Source: Chitinivibrio alkaliphilus ACht1 (lineage in GTDB: Bacteria; Fibrobacterota; Chitinivibrionia; Chitinivibrionales; Chitinivibrionaceae). From it: DNA of 64,000 bases. A model generated the notes under the pieces. The model was given only the letters and a program-made list of their open reading frames with translations. It searched no databases and was not told where the DNA came from. Position numbers and translations under genes: made by a program. The stretch lies in contig NZ_ASJR01000004.1 in the NCBI RefSeq assembly GCF_000474745.1, positions 55,988-119,987 on the forward strand. Direction: 5' to 3'. Below are positions 61,616-64,000 of this stretch, piece after piece; position 1 is the first letter of the stretch, and the number at the start of each line of letters is the position of its first letter.

Positions 61616-62861
61616 GCTGAATCTCTTCTATACGTTGTTTGTCCATTTTGGTTATTTCTATGGTAAGGGCTTGGTAGCGAAAGGTCGTGTGCTGTTTTGG
61701 CACATCACCCAATTCATAATACACAAGCCCACCGAGGGTATTATATTTATCATTTTTATAATCAAAATTATAGTGGAGTCGCTCACAAAGATCATCCAGT
61801 TCAATATGAGGGTCAGCAATATAAGTAGTATCACCGATTTTTTGGAGAGGTTCATGGTGTTCATCATGTTCATCGTGAATTTCTCCCACGATCTCTTCCA
61901 AAATGTCTTCCATGGTTACCAGGCCTGCCGTGCCACCATATTCATCTACAACTACAACCATATGACTTCGCTGAGCTTTCATATCTGCCATAAGGTCAGC
62001 CAATTCTTTATTGATAGGAACAAAATGAGCAGGTCTCATAAGGTCTTTTATTGACCAAGGGTTCGAGGGATGTTTCGAAATCCACGCCATAATATCTTTC
62101 ACATAGAGAATACCCACGATTCGATCGATATTTTCTGTATACACAGGAATGCGAGAGTGCCCCATTTCACTAATACTCTCCAAGGCTTTTTGGGGAAGCG
62201 TATTAATTTCAACTCCTTCAATATCAATGCGTGGAAGCATTATTTCTCGCACAGAGGTCTTATCAAAGTTAAAGATATTGTGGATCATCTGTTTTTCTGT
62301 GTCATCAAGGCCGTCTTCCTGTATGCCCGCATCGTCAAGGATTCGCTGTTCCTCCTCAGAAAGAAAGTCAAAATACCCACTGTCACCGCGAAACTTTGAG
62401 ATCACGAGAGTTGAGAGAAACATGAGTGCCGTAAAGGGAAGAAAGAGGATGTTGATAATACGGTAGAAAAAATATGCAGGAACCATATACCTTGCCTGCG
62501 ACGTCTGAGAGACTATTTTGGGAATACTGTAGGTGCCGATGGGAAGGAGTACTATGGAAATCCCCATGGTTAAAAGAGCTGTATGAAGTTGGTGCTCCTT
62601 GAGAGGGTAGATGATGAAAAAACAGGAAAGAATGTTAACGGCTGTAAAAAAAGTTTTTGCAAAGGATATGGTGCTTGAAACCTGAATTTTTTGTTGAGAC
62701 AGGCGTAATATTTTTCCCGCAATAAATCGTAATAATTCGCTCTCTAGCTTCAGATACTCTCGTTGTGCGTACAAAAAGACTCCCTTGATGGTAGATAGCA
62801 AAGAGAGGGCGAGCAGGGATACGATATACAGTACTAGAATAAAAAGAGAAATTTCGTTCAA
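61575..62861 (-). CDS. CNNM/CorC/TlyC-family transporter-associated protein (DUF21 TM, CBS pair, CorC_HlyC)
   Basis: Four N-terminal TM helices; CBS pair 'VREIMLPRIDIEGV...DRIVGILYVKDI'; C-terminal 'TIEITKMDKQRIEEIQL'. Confidence 0.8.
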   Translation of the reverse strand: MNEISLFILVLYIVSLLALSLLSTIKGVFLYAQREYLKLESELLRFIAGKILRLSQQKIQVSSTISFAKTFFTAVNILSCFFIIYPLKEHQLHTALLTMGISIVLLPIGTYSIPKIVSQTSQARYMVPAYFFYRIINILFLPFTALMFLSTLVISKFRGDSGYFDFLSEEEQRILDDAGIQEDGLDDTEKQMIHNIFNFDKTSVREIMLPRIDIEGVEINTLPQKALESISEMGHSRIPVYTENIDRIVGILYVKDIMAWISKHPSNPWSIKDLMRPAHFVPINKELADLMADMKAQRSHMVVVVDEYGGTAGLVTMEDILEEIVGEIHDEHDEHHEPLQKIGDTTYIADPHIELDDLCERLHYNFDYKNDKYNTLGGLVYYELGDVPKQHTTFRYQALTIEITKMDKQRIEEIQLELGQESSDTSGE

Positions 62862-63316
62862 AGGGTCTCCTTATGCGGATCACAGGTGAAATATTTTGCT
62901 TCTATAGCTTCCATTTCCGTGCGATCAGCTTCGTTTTGGTGGTCATATCCAAGCAAATGAATGAGGCCATGAGTAAAGAGACGCGCCACCTCTTCCTCTT
63001 CGGTAATGTGGTAGAGGCGGCTTTGGGCTTGAGCACGTTTCGTACAGAGGTATATTTCACCGAGAAAGTCGGGGTCATTAAAAGGGTAGGAGAGGACATC
63101 CGTGACCTTGTTTTTGTCTCGGGAGAACGCATTGAGCCGGCAGATTGTTTCCTCTGAACAGAAAATGAGGTCTACCCGCTGTTCATTGGAGATGTTCTCC
63201 TGGGAATATACTTTCTCGGCAATTGCCACAATAGGGGCTGAATGAACCGGTACTTCACCACATTCCGATACAATGGTGAGGGGGGGCTTAGGGGTATTAT
63301 CGACAGTGTTCTTCAT
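62858..63316 (-). CDS. ybeY: rRNA maturation endoribonuclease YbeY
   Basis: Zn-binding 'HGLIHLLGYDH'; 152 aa. Confidence 0.8.
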   Translation of the reverse strand: MKNTVDNTPKPPLTIVSECGEVPVHSAPIVAIAEKVYSQENISNEQRVDLIFCSEETICRLNAFSRDKNKVTDVLSYPFNDPDFLGEIYLCTKRAQAQSRLYHITEEEEVARLFTHGLIHLLGYDHQNEADRTEMEAIEAKYFTCDPHKETL

Positions 63317-63476
63317 AACAATCTATGAGCTCCATATTTGCTGGGTCTGCTTGAATGGCATCGAAGAGATCGTGGCAGGAGGTAATTCCGCGTTCTTCCA
63401 TGCATGGGGGAAGTTCCTGAGAGGAAGAGCAGGCTGCCATGGCCCAGAAAAACATGAAAAGAAAGAGGATTCTCAT
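63297..63476 (-). CDS. Putative small lipoprotein (59 aa). Not in the ORF track; its ATG overlaps the hisS stop (ATGA).
   Basis: 'MRILFLFMFFWAMAACSSSQELPPCMEERGITSCHDLFDAIQADPANMELIDCYEEHCR'; lipobox 'AMAAC'. Confidence 0.3.
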   Translation of the reverse strand: MRILFLFMFFWAMAACSSSQELPPCMEERGITSCHDLFDAIQADPANMELIDCYEEHCR

Positions 63477-64000
63477 AGGTTCTCCAAACGGGCTGAAAGG
63501 GCCTCTTTAAACTGCTCCATGGGAATATTTTCTTCTTCCCCGGTTTGCATAATTTTTATACGATAGTTTCCGGACGCTTCTTCTTCACCACCCGTGAGAA
63601 GAGCGATCTTACAGCGCGATGCCGCAGCTTTTTTCAATTGTTTGCCCACTGCATTCATCTTTAAGGGGAATTCCGTGGAAATACGAGCATTTCGAAGCCG
63701 CGCCGTGATGCTCATAGCTGCAGATATATCCTTTGTAACGGAGATAACAAAGACATCACACTTTGCCGGTTCAGTGGGGAGAGCTCCTTTTTCACGTAGA
63801 AGGTCAGAGAGCACCACATCACCCATGGCAAACCCCACGGCAGGGGTCGGTGTGCCGCCGTATAGCTCAATAAGTCTATTATACCGTCCACCACCTGCAA
63901 TAGCGCGCATCGAGCGGCGTGTGTCAAAGACCTCAAAGACAATACCGGTGTAGTAAGCAAGCCCACGAACGATGGTTATATCGAAGCTACAGTAGTCTGC
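63473..64000 (-). CDS. hisS: Histidyl-tRNA synthetase, C-terminal part only (the 5' end lies beyond the window)
   Basis: The frame is open to the window edge: '...VRGLAYYTGIVFEVF...AIAGGGRYNRL' (motif 3), then the anticodon-binding domain. Confidence 0.8.
   Translation of the reverse strand, partial: ADYCSFDITIVRGLAYYTGIVFEVFDTRRSMRAIAGGGRYNRLIELYGGTPTPAVGFAMGDVVLSDLLREKGALPTEPAKCDVFVISVTKDISAAMSITARLRNARISTEFPLKMNAVGKQLKKAAASRCKIALLTGGEEEASGNYRIKIMQTGEEENIPMEQFKEALSARLENL

Noticed and set aside
1-64000. CRISPR arrays, rRNA/tRNA genes, transposases, integrases, prophage genes
   Set aside because: No spacer-repeat arrays, no cloverleaf-like conserved tRNA sequences, and no recombinase or transposase-like ORFs were seen. 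The only repeats are the coding microsatellite, the acidic-protein tandem repeat and the short palindromes at 47471-47534.

Overview
This is a 64 kb chromosomal segment, roughly mid-40s % GC, from what looks like an anaerobic, flagellated Gram-negative bacterium. Taxonomy is uncertain: some markers point to the FCB group (T9SS-type C-terminal domains, a PorX-like REC-PglZ regulator, DUF1573), while FliN/FlgN-like genes and lipoprotein boxes would also fit Spirochaetes. Most of the window is densely packed housekeeping: dnaG-rpoD, proB, lysC, priA, asnS, ftsK, ligA, nfo, a single-chain pyruvate:ferredoxin oxidoreductase, clpB, leuS, tsaE, ybeY, and hisS truncated at the window edge. It is also signalling-rich, with five histidine kinases including two large PAS hybrids, a REC-HPt protein and a PorY/PorX-like pair. 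I found no rRNA, tRNA, CRISPR array, transposase or integrase. The accessory-looking parts are as follows. (1) A diadenylate cyclase fused to a PK_C-like domain and a degenerate PTS-EIIA(Ntr) domain, about 5 kb from a cation/H+ antiporter carrying an intact EIIA(Ntr) domain. (2) A secreted glycoside-hydrolase cluster (2x GH8, 1x GH9) whose larger members share a CBM-like module and a T9SS/FlgD-Ig-type C-terminal sorting domain. One member has an apparent homopolymer frameshift, and another carries a perfect (GATGATGGCGAT)n repeat encoding a poly(DDDG) linker. (3) A membrane-anchored, extremely acidic protein with two tandem ~79-aa repeats. (4) An SPFH/band-7 gene with an internal in-frame TAA. 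(5) A 250-nt overlap between a hybrid histidine kinase and a REC-HPt gene that looks like a frameshift. (6) Two unannotated small lipoprotein ORFs and a striking nested palindrome upstream of a hybrid kinase.
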